A stretch of DNA of 62,177 nt, counting the filler, from Pseudomonadota bacterium (GTDB taxonomy: Bacteria > Bdellovibrionota_F > JAHFAK01 > JBDREC01), in NCBI GenBank assembly GCA_043820105.1. It is 5 parts of 5 records of this genome, joined end to end, with 100 filler letters (N's around TTAATTAATTAA, not from the genome) between each part and the next. Parts side by side here need not be neighbours in the genome. Positions count along the whole stretch, not along the records: positions 38,980 to 50,457 come from JBDREC010000055.1; positions 50,558 to 54,953 come from JBDREC010000057.1; positions 55,054 to 62,177 come from JBDREC010000058.1; 2 more parts are not named here. The stretch is one strand, 5' to 3'. Position numbers and translations under genes: made by a program. Shown here piece after piece: positions 49,901 to 57,662 of the stretch. Position 1 is the first letter of the stretch. The number at the start of each line of letters is the position of its first letter. A model generated the notes under the pieces. It made no database searches. It had not been told where the DNA came from and worked only from the letters and a program-made list of their open reading frames with translations.

Positions 49901-50079
49901 GATATTTTGAAAGAGATTCAGATAGAATTTTAAGAGTTGAAACCCTTGAGCCTTTTGAAACGGTTATATTATTTTCAGAAGGACTATTACAAGATTTTAA
50001 GCGAAACACAGGTTATCAGGAACCAAGTAGTGAGCTAGCTGGGTTTTTAGCATGTGCTGGTTTGTTTGGAGGACTTTAG
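46981..50079 (+). CDS. Secreted, divergent GH13 alpha-amylase-family protein ending in CAGLFGGL
   Basis: Signal peptide; LGYDTVWLAP, GMTTVLDSPHLH, IRMDV (nucleophile Asp), AAEL (acid/base Glu), HFLHDN (Asp) and GIAMIFDGQ in GH13 order. Confidence 0.65.
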   Translation: MDFMKRKNYRNRQIFLNIFLNLILLIFLSSFANSTVLDVSKLVSFVDGQAIGSMYPDQGIKSSYLNFPISGPDSVVELRVYLDSEAQNNPEFIYLETSTNEESELLKSTLEKLFISSNAAQLSEAYTALINIFSGRFPKIRLKSSAVRISENGERYYSIIISPRFNQFAESSIVDSNGGLVTLRQPKSWHGENRTLTNFTLKFFDTSMTKGVGVMGFPVAYSRPVQDIKDATPLYDFDEITMNRLYLGQMSYEDAIPVLKKIIDASIASLSWTGNLLEQRGLDASVENLGLLISEYEAGLIELSEFPRSLQPFVENLGFERFFNLLNDIDMDTLTEDRAYDYLRIAYGDPLQPEELSFEETQRTRYVFSPKQEALYIPTFEEMAEMIVAEKARLGYDTVWLAPVRDYGVDSGFTTAPGIFKLKDAEGRQREVLWGPYNTTFPALIMRYNSSSNSASYLLGGDSSLQALFARFYAEGMTTVLDSPHLHHSSASMGYDLTGSEQFYRLVDIVLASLGYRRTAPHPLNLQNSSLIEVSSGREVSSYEVFYAKKPTIDSSGIIQEYFPGKDARPQNPGEIGNHPFTEAKPGNSEAMLWRNITAPDTRRQAVQLLYTLAEIDFLKRMTQGNIDQRLIIRMDVDFARLDHARPQDRPFARNLFNSLMAMFPKLIPAAELVGMHSPDEVREYARDTVLVQPNPMNPMLTGRFGEAFDERGVLSQPERIAEMVQAGVALSYGEYLRQAGTPVLVFDPSGKSNPMFVSHFLHDNCTSMPSQLGRNSLQVDRYGHRTVTFEHPNQVLGTWLYYAFGGNGIAMIFDGQLIASPNDPDWTISNESGQYEMPRYERYVDPMSYIPGDASEEEKVELRKQVAQNALLFNHSAVQLISFLQATKNYQVFQIKSLNSEGTLIGKVILVPGKGYAIHLLNLGPYTYPVELNLESNSHLGAFERTSLQRYYEEFGTKLARVKITEGEKAKARYFERDSDRILRVETLEPFETVILFSEGLLQDFKRNTGYQEPSSELAGFLACAGLFGGL

Positions 50080-50084
50080 GAAAA

Positions 50085-50124
50085 GGACAAGGGAACAAGG
50101 GAACAAGGGAGCAAGGGAACAAGG
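50085..50124. repeat. (GGGAACAA)~5 octamer array
   Basis: Visible tandem units. Confidence 0.85.
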
Positions 50125-50157
50125 ATAATATTTTTGTAAAAAGGGAAAAGATAAAAT

Positions 50158-50457
50158 ATGACAATTAATATTAAAAAGTACTTATTCTTTATTACAGCAA
50201 TAAGTATTTTTTCTGTTAATTTCGTTTTTAGCCTGCCTATCCCAGGAATGCAAGATACAACCTATAGATTGATTTATACAGACAGAGTAGATTTTGAAGG
50301 CGCTATTCAACGGTCCAATATTTTAGGTCAAGAGATTTCAGAAGTATCATTACCTGAAGCTGCTGGCATCCTGGAAGTTTCATTAAGAAGAGAGCTGGCT
50401 AGATACCTTGATGGAGTTGGCAGGGGTCATCTTAAAATTGTGAAAGTATATATTGAT
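50158..50457 (+). CDS. Secreted hypothetical protein, truncated by the contig end
   Basis: Signal peptide MTINIKKYLFFITAISIFSVNFVFS. Confidence 0.6.
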
Positions 50458-50557
50458 NNNNNNNNNNNNNNNNNNNNNNNNNNNNNNNNNNNNNNNNNNN
50501 NTTAATTAATTAANNNNNNNNNNNNNNNNNNNNNNNNNNNNNNNNNNNNNNNNNNNN
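50458..50557. other. Artificial contig linker
   Basis: N-run with TTAATTAATTAA. Confidence 0.98.
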
Positions 50558-51397
50558 ATCAAAAATATAAATATATTTCTTATTAATATTTTTCAATTTC
50601 ATTGCAGCAATTAAACCCAAAAAAGGTACAATAAAATATGCTAATGAGTAATAATCAAAAATAAATTTTGATTCAAACCCCAGACTTGTTAGATAGATAG
50701 GCAAAAATGAAACAGTAATTAATACCCATGATAAGCCTGATGAAATTATAATGAATGCTGCTAAACTTTTCTTATTATTAACTTCTTTAAAAGGAAGCTG
50801 AAATAACTTAAGCTTTTTATTTGCAACTATTTTTGTATCATTGGTTTTAAAAACTTTAATAACTATAAATATTATAATGAGAATAGTAGTCACAATAAAC
50901 ACATTAGATTTAAAATTAAAGCTGTCTATGGCTAAATAACTTGAAAACAAAAATCCACATGCGATTCCTAGTGATAAAAATATATCTCTTATGGAGAAAA
51001 CCAAAGACTTTTCATGATCATTTTCAATTTTTGCGATATAAGGCGTAAGCGTATTGTTAAAAACTCTTATGAAGAATGGAAAGCTAAAAAACGCCAGATA
51101 GACATAGTTAAATTTAAATAAAACCAGCGAAAAAATTGCTATAACTATTACTAATGAAAATGTTAAAACATTTATATTTCCAAATTTCTGAGAAAATCTC
51201 GATATAATCAATGGCATTATAAGAATTGAAATGTTAGATGCAGTTAGAATATAAGCCCAGAGTTCTTCAAAATTCTGATTTTTTAAATAGATAGAACTTC
51301 CAACTGAAAAAGGGGCCTCACAGAAAAAGAATAAAAAGAATACTGTAAAAATAAGGAAATATTCTTTTTTTAATATAATATTATATATTTCTTTCAA
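50558..51397 (-). CDS. MFS transporter, truncated by the contig end
   Basis: Multiple TM helices; SRFSQKFG resembles MFS motif A. Confidence 0.75.
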
Positions 51398-51760
51398 TTA
51401 AAACACTCTTTTTTAATAGTTTTATGAATAAATGAAACTCTATCATTAATGTCATCTTCACAAACAGAAAGAAATTTCTTATCCTTTAAAACAAACTCAC
51501 CATTAATCATCACATGCTCAATTTTTTCGCGATTACAATTTATTAATACATTATGAAGCAGATTTGAAAAGGATTTTGTATTGATTATTGGTTCAAAATC
51601 TAAATCATTTTTATTGACAAATGTCAGGTCAGCTAAAAAACCATCTTTTATTTTTCCAATTTTATTTTGAAAACCATAAGCCCTAGCACCATTTTGAGTT
51701 ACCATTTTAAAAACATCTTGTGCTTTAAACTCATCCAACCCTGAGTTTAATTTTAAAAAG
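51394..51760 (-). pseudogene. Amidohydrolase (MtaD/GuaD-like) C-terminal fragment
   Basis: MVTQNGARA, IGKIKDGFLADL and VMINGEFV motifs; the N-terminal ~300 aa with the metal ligands are absent. Confidence 0.75.
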
Positions 51761-51842
51761 AGAAAAATCACAAGACGAGCCTTTAACAAAATCGTATAAT
51801 TTTAACATGTTGAATTCTTAATAGCTGCTTCCTGTGATTTTT

Positions 51843-52160
51843 CTACTTTGGCTTCTTTTTTCTTTTTTGTTTGTCAGGGGCACATTTTTTATCAAAATCC
51901 AGGTTTAAGGAAATATTCACAGGGCCTTCATTTATTTGGATAAATGTTCCGCTTTTTTTATATGTTTTATCCGTTTTATCGTATCCACAAAAAGAATTGG
52001 GTTCTAACCACAGAACTGATCTGTCTTCAAATAATATATAACATATTCTCATGACTGCTCTGTATTTCTCCAACCACTTGAAGGCTTCGGCAATAGGTAC
52101 AGGATGCTTTTCCCATATTAAAGGAGGTATTATTGTTTCATATGGTTTGTATTCTGACAT
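51843..52160 (-). CDS. Hypothetical protein
   Basis: 105-aa ATG ORF with protein-like composition; no recognised motif. Confidence 0.5.
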   Translation of the reverse strand: MSEYKPYETIIPPLIWEKHPVPIAEAFKWLEKYRAVMRICYILFEDRSVLWLEPNSFCGYDKTDKTYKKSGTFIQINEGPVNISLNLDFDKKCAPDKQKRKKKPK

Positions 52161-52389
52161 AATTTCACTTTTTTGCAGTTTATTTTATTATACCTGATGA
52201 GAAGGACAGTTTATGTCATTTGCTGCAAATTGAAGATTGAAAAATGCATGCTCAATTGAGCCTGGGGGATTACCTTGTTCCCAAGGTAATGACGACAGGA
52301 GGAAGGTTAGGGGTTTGACAATCTACAACGAATCCAATCATATTTCTAATTACCACTAAAATCAAAAAGGTTTCTGTTAATAATTTAAT

Positions 52390-52459
52390 AGGGTAATAAT
52401 TATAATAAATGGGGTAAAGTGAGCTTGACATTACCCTGTTTATCTCTTATTTTACCCCA
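52390..52459 (+). promoter_or_regulatory. fic promoter overlapped by inverted GGGTAA/TTACCC boxes (candidate operator)
   Basis: TTGACA at 52425-52430; AGGGTAAT/ATTACCCT and TGGGGTAAA/TTTACCCCA pairs. Confidence 0.55.
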
Positions 52460-52478
52460 AAAAAACTAAGGTAAATTT

Positions 52479-53528
52479 ATGTACTCTTTAAAAGCTAATT
52501 ATTTGAAATTAATACAGTTTGATCAAAATCAGGCTTCAACTTTAAAAAGAATTGGAGAATATAAGGGAAAGCAGGATCTTTTTACGAGACAAACTCCAGA
52601 AATATTAGAATCACTAAAGAAAGTAGCTATTATTGAATCCTCTGAATCTTCTAATAGATTAGAGGGTATAACAGCCGAACATAAAAGAATTAAAGACATG
52701 GTTCTAAAGTCTACTGAACCAAAGAATAGATCAGAGCAGGAAATCGCTGGGTACAGAGATTCTTTAAATCTTATTCATGAATCAGCAAAGCATATGGATT
52801 TTTCAGTAAATGTTATTATGCAAATTCATTCCATGATTTACAGATATTTGCCTCAAGATGGTGGTAGATATAAAATGACTGATAATGAAATTGTTGAAAA
52901 AAATCCTGATGGAAGCATCATGAGAGTTCGATTTAAAGCAGTATCTGCCGTAAAGACTCCCTTTGCCATGGAGCAAATGGCAATAGGTTATAAGCAATCT
53001 ATTTATTCAGAAAATTTGGAACCGCTTTTAATTATACCACTTACAATTTTAGATTTTTTGTGCATACATCCTTTCTCTGATGGAAATGGGAGAGTAGCAA
53101 GGTTGCTAACCTTAATGCTTCTATATCATTTTGACTATGAAGTGGGTAGATATATAAGCTTAGAGCGAATATTTGAAGAATCAAAAGAAACTTATTATGA
53201 AAGCCTGGAGGCGTCCTCTCAGAAATGGCATCAAGGCAAGCACAGCCCCAATCCATGGCTTAATTATTTTTGGGGAGCTATGCTAAAGGCCTATAAAGAA
53301 TTTGAAGAAAGAGTCGGAACAATTAGAAAAAGCAAGGGCTCAAAAACTGATCAAATAATTGAAGCTGTAAAAAGAAAAATAGGCCCCTTTTCAATTTCTG
53401 ATATTGAAAGGGAACTGCCAACCATATCAAGAGATATGATAAGAATTGTACTTCGCAAACTTCGTGATGAAAAAACAATCATTCCACAAGGAAAAGGTCG
53501 CGCAGCCAAATGGATTAATAAAGCTTAA
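52479..53528 (+). CDS. Fic-family AMPylase (class II, N-terminal inhibitory helix) with C-terminal winged HTH
   Basis: Canonical HPFSDGNGRVAR motif; SNRLEG matches the (S/T)xxxE(G/N) inhibitory motif. Confidence 0.92.
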   Translation: MYSLKANYLKLIQFDQNQASTLKRIGEYKGKQDLFTRQTPEILESLKKVAIIESSESSNRLEGITAEHKRIKDMVLKSTEPKNRSEQEIAGYRDSLNLIHESAKHMDFSVNVIMQIHSMIYRYLPQDGGRYKMTDNEIVEKNPDGSIMRVRFKAVSAVKTPFAMEQMAIGYKQSIYSENLEPLLIIPLTILDFLCIHPFSDGNGRVARLLTLMLLYHFDYEVGRYISLERIFEESKETYYESLEASSQKWHQGKHSPNPWLNYFWGAMLKAYKEFEERVGTIRKSKGSKTDQIIEAVKRKIGPFSISDIERELPTISRDMIRIVLRKLRDEKTIIPQGKGRAAKWINKA

Positions 53529-53917
53529 CCAGCCCAAGGCCTGGCCCTTTATTTCTTAATACTTGCAAAGGAAAATACTTGCAAAGGAAAATAAGTACAC
53601 GGAGGTGTGATTAATAATTAAGCATGGCGAATGATATCACTTAGATATTAAACGGTTTTATGATTTTATTTCTTTCTTTTTTTCTTTCTTTTTTTCATCC
53701 GTCTTGATTTATTTTGATTTATTCTTAAAAATAAATATGAAATTTTTTTACCTTATCCCGATGGCTCCCATATATCTTTTTAAAAATAATCTCTATTTTG
53801 GGAATAAATTGTGTCATTTTTGACAAACAATATTTGTTCAATTTGTCTAATTATTATGAATACTTATAAGATCTTAATGTTATTCGAATTTTATCACGAT
53901 AATTTCAAGCTAGTTTT

Positions 53918-53933
53918 TGGCATAGAAATTGTA
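53918..53933 (+). promoter_or_regulatory. Candidate sigma54 promoter
   Basis: TGGCAT-AGAAA-TTGTA (C>T at -12); IHF-like ATTTCAAGCTAGTT just upstream; TGTCA-N4-TGACA at 53812-53825. Confidence 0.55.
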
Positions 53934-53971
53934 ATGCTAGACTTTGTCTTTAATAATTAAGGAGATCTCTT

Positions 53972-54655
53972 ATGAAAATGGATGCATTTAAAAATTGTAT
54001 TAAAAGTTTTTGTCTATTGTTTATCACTTTATTGCTTACAAGTAATCTGAGTTTATTTGCACAAAGTGATCTTGAGTTGCCAGAAGATGAAAACCTTAGC
54101 AGTATTCTTCCCTATGAAGGTGAGTTTACACAGACAGCCATGGATGACTTAATTGATGAATTGGATGAGGTAAATCAGCTTCTTGGAGGCGAGCCATACG
54201 TTCCTTATAGTCAAAGAATGCCAACAGGATCTAACCCAGGATCTACAGCGATAAGCAGATCTAGGACAAGGCATCAAACTTTTAATATTAACCCAAATTC
54301 TGAGGGAATAGTAGCAGTTGACCTCAGTTCCTCTACTTCTTTATCTAAACCCTCTCGTCCTTCTCCTCAAGAAATAGTAAAAGATAAGGTTGAGTTGAAA
54401 AGAGCAGGAAGAATATTATCAGAAACTATAACATGGACTGCTGCAGTAGGTTTAGCTGCAATGATAGGAGATGATCCAGATGCGGAATACTTTTATGAAA
54501 ATATAATGGTTGGTAGAAAAATAGCAGCAGATGCTATGACAGAATCTATTGAAAGACAGATTGATAAGAATCATAGTAAATTCTATGATGAACCTGCTGT
54601 TGTTTGTGTTGATAATAAAATAAAGGGCCAGGCCTTGACATTCGACAGCAATTGA
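53972..54655 (+). CDS. Secreted orphan protein
   Basis: AAGGAG RBS; signal peptide ending LSLFA-Q. Confidence 0.7.
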   Translation: MKMDAFKNCIKSFCLLFITLLLTSNLSLFAQSDLELPEDENLSSILPYEGEFTQTAMDDLIDELDEVNQLLGGEPYVPYSQRMPTGSNPGSTAISRSRTRHQTFNINPNSEGIVAVDLSSSTSLSKPSRPSPQEIVKDKVELKRAGRILSETITWTAAVGLAAMIGDDPDAEYFYENIMVGRKIAADAMTESIERQIDKNHSKFYDEPAVVCVDNKIKGQALTFDSN

Positions 54656-54773
54656 ATAAGTGCCCGGAAAATAGGACAATTCTACTGCTGCATAATATTC
54701 CAAGGATTTCAGTCTGTTACTTTATTCGCCATTTAACTTGTTAGTTTTGCTGTAGATTGTCAAGGCCTGGCCC
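54625..54773. repeat. Inverted 27-bp REP-like doublet
   Basis: GGGCCAGGCCTTGACATTCGACAGCAA (54625-54651) and the inverted copy at 54747-54773 differ at 2 positions; partial copies at 53535-53547 and 52311-52332. Confidence 0.8.
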
Positions 54774-54953
54774 CTCTTCTTATCAATTAAGAACTGTTCT
54801 TAATAAATTGGTATAAAAAACATTACAAAACCTCTTTTTCAAAAAGCATAAAAATGCTCAGAACACGACTGCATGAAAGTAATAAAAATATATTTATTAT
54901 AAAGGTTTATTGCATGACAGTGGGAATACAATAAGCCTTTAATAATAAAATAT

Positions 54954-55053
54954 NNNNNNNNNNNNNNNNNNNNNNNNNNNNNNNNNNNNNNNNNNNNTTA
55001 ATTAATTAANNNNNNNNNNNNNNNNNNNNNNNNNNNNNNNNNNNNNNNNNNNN
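54954..55053. other. Artificial contig linker
   Basis: N-run with TTAATTAATTAA. Confidence 0.98.
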
Positions 55054-55280
55054 AAGCCTTACTACCTCACAAAATAAAATCACCTCTTTAGTAATCAAAA
55101 TATATTTAGCAAAGTCTTTTAAAATCAAAACAGAGCACCGCAATATGGTTTCATGAAAATACGGCTTGCAAGATGGGTTTGCTAGCCGCTTACAATCCAT
55201 GGATTCAATTTAGGATTTTCTTGTTATTACAAAAATTCTATGCTTATTATATTGTAAATAGATAAATAGGAGTACAAGCG

Positions 55281-56525
55281 GTGAAAGAAAGACAAAGTCC
55301 CGATGTATTCATGAGTTATAGTCATGATTCAGAAGAACATAAGGCAAGAGTTCTAGCTTTAGCTAATCGTTTAAGAGAGGAAGGTATAATTTGTGAAATA
55401 GATCAATACATAAATACACCGCTAGAAGAGTGGCCGCAATGGATGATAAAACGTATAACAAAATCTAAATATGTACTTGTTATTTGTACAGAAACTTATT
55501 GTCGAAGAGTTAATGGTGAAGAAGAACATGGTGTAGGAAAAGGTGCTAAATGGGAAGGATCAATTATTACAAAAGAAATTTATAATTCTGAAGGTAATAT
55601 CAAATTCATACCTATTATATTTGAAAAAAATGATTGTGAGTATATACCAATTATTCTTAAAGGAGCAACACATTATAATATATCGGACGAGAATCAATAT
55701 GATGATTTATATAGATATTTAACAGATCAAAAAAAAATAATTAAACCACCAATTGGAAAATTACGAACTCTCAAAGTAAAACCAACTCAATTAGAATATA
55801 AAGATCTAAAAAACCGTTTATTAGCGTTAGGGAAAGATGTAATTGCTGATGGTAATAAAATAGGAGGTACAGGAAATGAATGGAATATAGAAATTAAGAA
55901 ATTTTATAAAGGTTCAATAGCGGATATTGGAAGGTTTAGTGAGAATATTAATGAAATTTCAAAACATAATTGCTATATAATACTTAACTCAGAGGGGGCT
56001 GGAAGACTTCTAAAATCTCCAATTCAATGGTACGAAAAAAATGACAAATATTATATAAATATATCTGTTGAAAAGGAATTCCAAAGGCAAAATGTAATTA
56101 GTATTGGGGTAGATCTAGATATTACTAATATCTTAAAAATGATAAATGGACTAGATAGGATTCCACAAATGTTGCAAATGTCTCTTGGGGTTAAGCGTGG
56201 TGAGGCATTGTTTTCTGAAGATCGTGGATCTGATATATCTGATTATTTCGCACGGTGGGGAATGAGTAAAATGTTTGAGGCATTAATAAAATTAGAAATA
56301 AGCAGATTAGCTTCAATACCATATGAAGACAATGTATCGAAAAAACAATATACTCCCTTAAGATGTGTAAATAGAGTTATTGATGTAAAACTAATTTCTG
56401 ATGAACCCATTGATAATAAAATAATTGCTGAAATTGAGCTTGAGCTTAATGGCCATGGTAACTGGAAAAAAGAAATAGAATTATTTATTCATAATGAGGC
56501 TATATCAGGTTTCAATAAAAATTAG
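55281..56525 (+). CDS. SEFIR/TIR-domain protein with C-terminal gp25/GPW-like domain; candidate anti-phage protein
   Basis: VFMSYSHDSEEH...DQY...WPQWM...GAKWE TIR/SEFIR motifs; AGGAG RBS with GTG start. Confidence 0.8.
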   Translation: MKERQSPDVFMSYSHDSEEHKARVLALANRLREEGIICEIDQYINTPLEEWPQWMIKRITKSKYVLVICTETYCRRVNGEEEHGVGKGAKWEGSIITKEIYNSEGNIKFIPIIFEKNDCEYIPIILKGATHYNISDENQYDDLYRYLTDQKKIIKPPIGKLRTLKVKPTQLEYKDLKNRLLALGKDVIADGNKIGGTGNEWNIEIKKFYKGSIADIGRFSENINEISKHNCYIILNSEGAGRLLKSPIQWYEKNDKYYINISVEKEFQRQNVISIGVDLDITNILKMINGLDRIPQMLQMSLGVKRGEALFSEDRGSDISDYFARWGMSKMFEALIKLEISRLASIPYEDNVSKKQYTPLRCVNRVIDVKLISDEPIDNKIIAEIELELNGHGNWKKEIELFIHNEAISGFNKN

Positions 56526-56586
56526 TTGAATAAGCTAAAGATCCTGTCACAGGTTTCGTTGATTCAAATAATCATATTCATCGTAT

Positions 56587-57375
56587 TTATTTTTTCCCCT
56601 CACACTTTAATATCAACTCCAATACCTTCTCGGTTTCATTTAATACTCTAATACATCCTGTATAAGGTGACATTTCAAGCTTTTCTGCATATTCCTCAAT
56701 ATATCTATAACTATTTCCAAGAGTATCTTGTGATTTCTTTCCGACGATTCTTGTGAGTGTGGCAGCTGATAGTTCCGCTACTATCTCCTGCAATGGATCC
56801 TGGCCATTCTTTAAATTACCTTTTAATATTGAATGAGCCGAATGAGCAAGTTCATGAAAGAATGTTTTCTCTTCGGAAGTAGCCAGGCCTATTTCCTTAC
56901 GATCTTGTGAATAATATCCATAATACTTGTAGTTACCTGGTACTGCTTTGACATTTATGTTCCACTTTTTAGCTATGTCCATTAAGGGCAATTCAGGAAG
57001 CTCTATCTGCATATAATCAAGCTCCTTGCCCTCAGTCTGTTCATAGGCAAACACAGGTCTAGTTACAAAGCCGCAAAGAATATCTTTCTCTTCATTTGTA
57101 TCTTTATCTTTTGTCTTTTTAATATATGGAACTAATATGAATATATGAGATTTCTCTCCTTTAATTACATGTCGTTCAACTTCCTGCCATTGTTTGAATC
57201 CTCGACTGTCACATGTGCCGCCTATAAATTGGATTGTTCTATTGAGTAATGACCACTTGGAACTTGGGATATTTTCAGGAATTGGGAATATTGAATAGGA
57301 GACTATCTCTGGGATGCTCCCTGATTTGAAGCATTCTAAGATGCTATTTAGAGTTTCTTTTACTTTGTTGTTCAT
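56587..57375 (-). CDS. ardC: ArdC-like antirestriction protein (ssDNA-binding domain + zincin metallopeptidase)
   Basis: WSLLNR, RGFKQW...RHVIKGEK, PVFAYEQTEG, HELAH and EIVAEL motifs. Confidence 0.75.
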   Translation of the reverse strand: MNNKVKETLNSILECFKSGSIPEIVSYSIFPIPENIPSSKWSLLNRTIQFIGGTCDSRGFKQWQEVERHVIKGEKSHIFILVPYIKKTKDKDTNEEKDILCGFVTRPVFAYEQTEGKELDYMQIELPELPLMDIAKKWNINVKAVPGNYKYYGYYSQDRKEIGLATSEEKTFFHELAHSAHSILKGNLKNGQDPLQEIVAELSAATLTRIVGKKSQDTLGNSYRYIEEYAEKLEMSPYTGCIRVLNETEKVLELILKCEGKK

Positions 57376-57505
57376 TGTATACCTCCCTTTTAATTAATTC
57401 ATTTTTAATGATTTCGTTCACAAGCTTTGTCATGGGCCTGCCTTCTTTTTTGGCTAAGTGATAAAGTATTTTTATAAATTTATCTTTGATCTTTGGTGAA
57501 TACAT
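57344..57505 (-). CDS. Small ribbon-helix-helix-like protein (53 aa, MYSPKIKDKFIKILYHLAKKEGRPMTKLVNEII...), not in the ORF track
   Basis: AAGGAGG RBS; RHH-like spacing; overlaps the ardC start. Confidence 0.7.
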   Translation of the reverse strand: MYSPKIKDKFIKILYHLAKKEGRPMTKLVNEIIKNELIKREVYNEQQSKRNSK

Positions 57506-57531
57506 AATTTTTCCTCCTTAACTTAATTAAT

Positions 57532-57565
57532 AAAAAAGCCACCAGGAAGGGATCCCAGTGGCTTT
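57532..57565 (-). terminator. Terminator-like hairpin in a gene leader
   Basis: AAAGCCACTGGGA...TCCTGGTGGCTTTTTT. Confidence 0.7.
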
Positions 57566-57662
57566 ATTGAATGGTTTTTAAATGAAACTTAGAGAAATTG
57601 GTTGTCTTCGCTGCACTTTCTGCTTCTACTGAAGTTTCTGAGCAACTTTTAAGGTGTGTACG

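Noticed and set aside
13451-50124. Tandem arrays as CRISPR repeats
   Set aside because: The units are 6-8 nt and contiguous, with no unique spacers
53558-53589. 16-bp tandem duplication AATACTTGCAAAGGAA x2
   Set aside because: It is real but has only two adjacent copies with nothing between them; I cannot support a function or a target-site duplication
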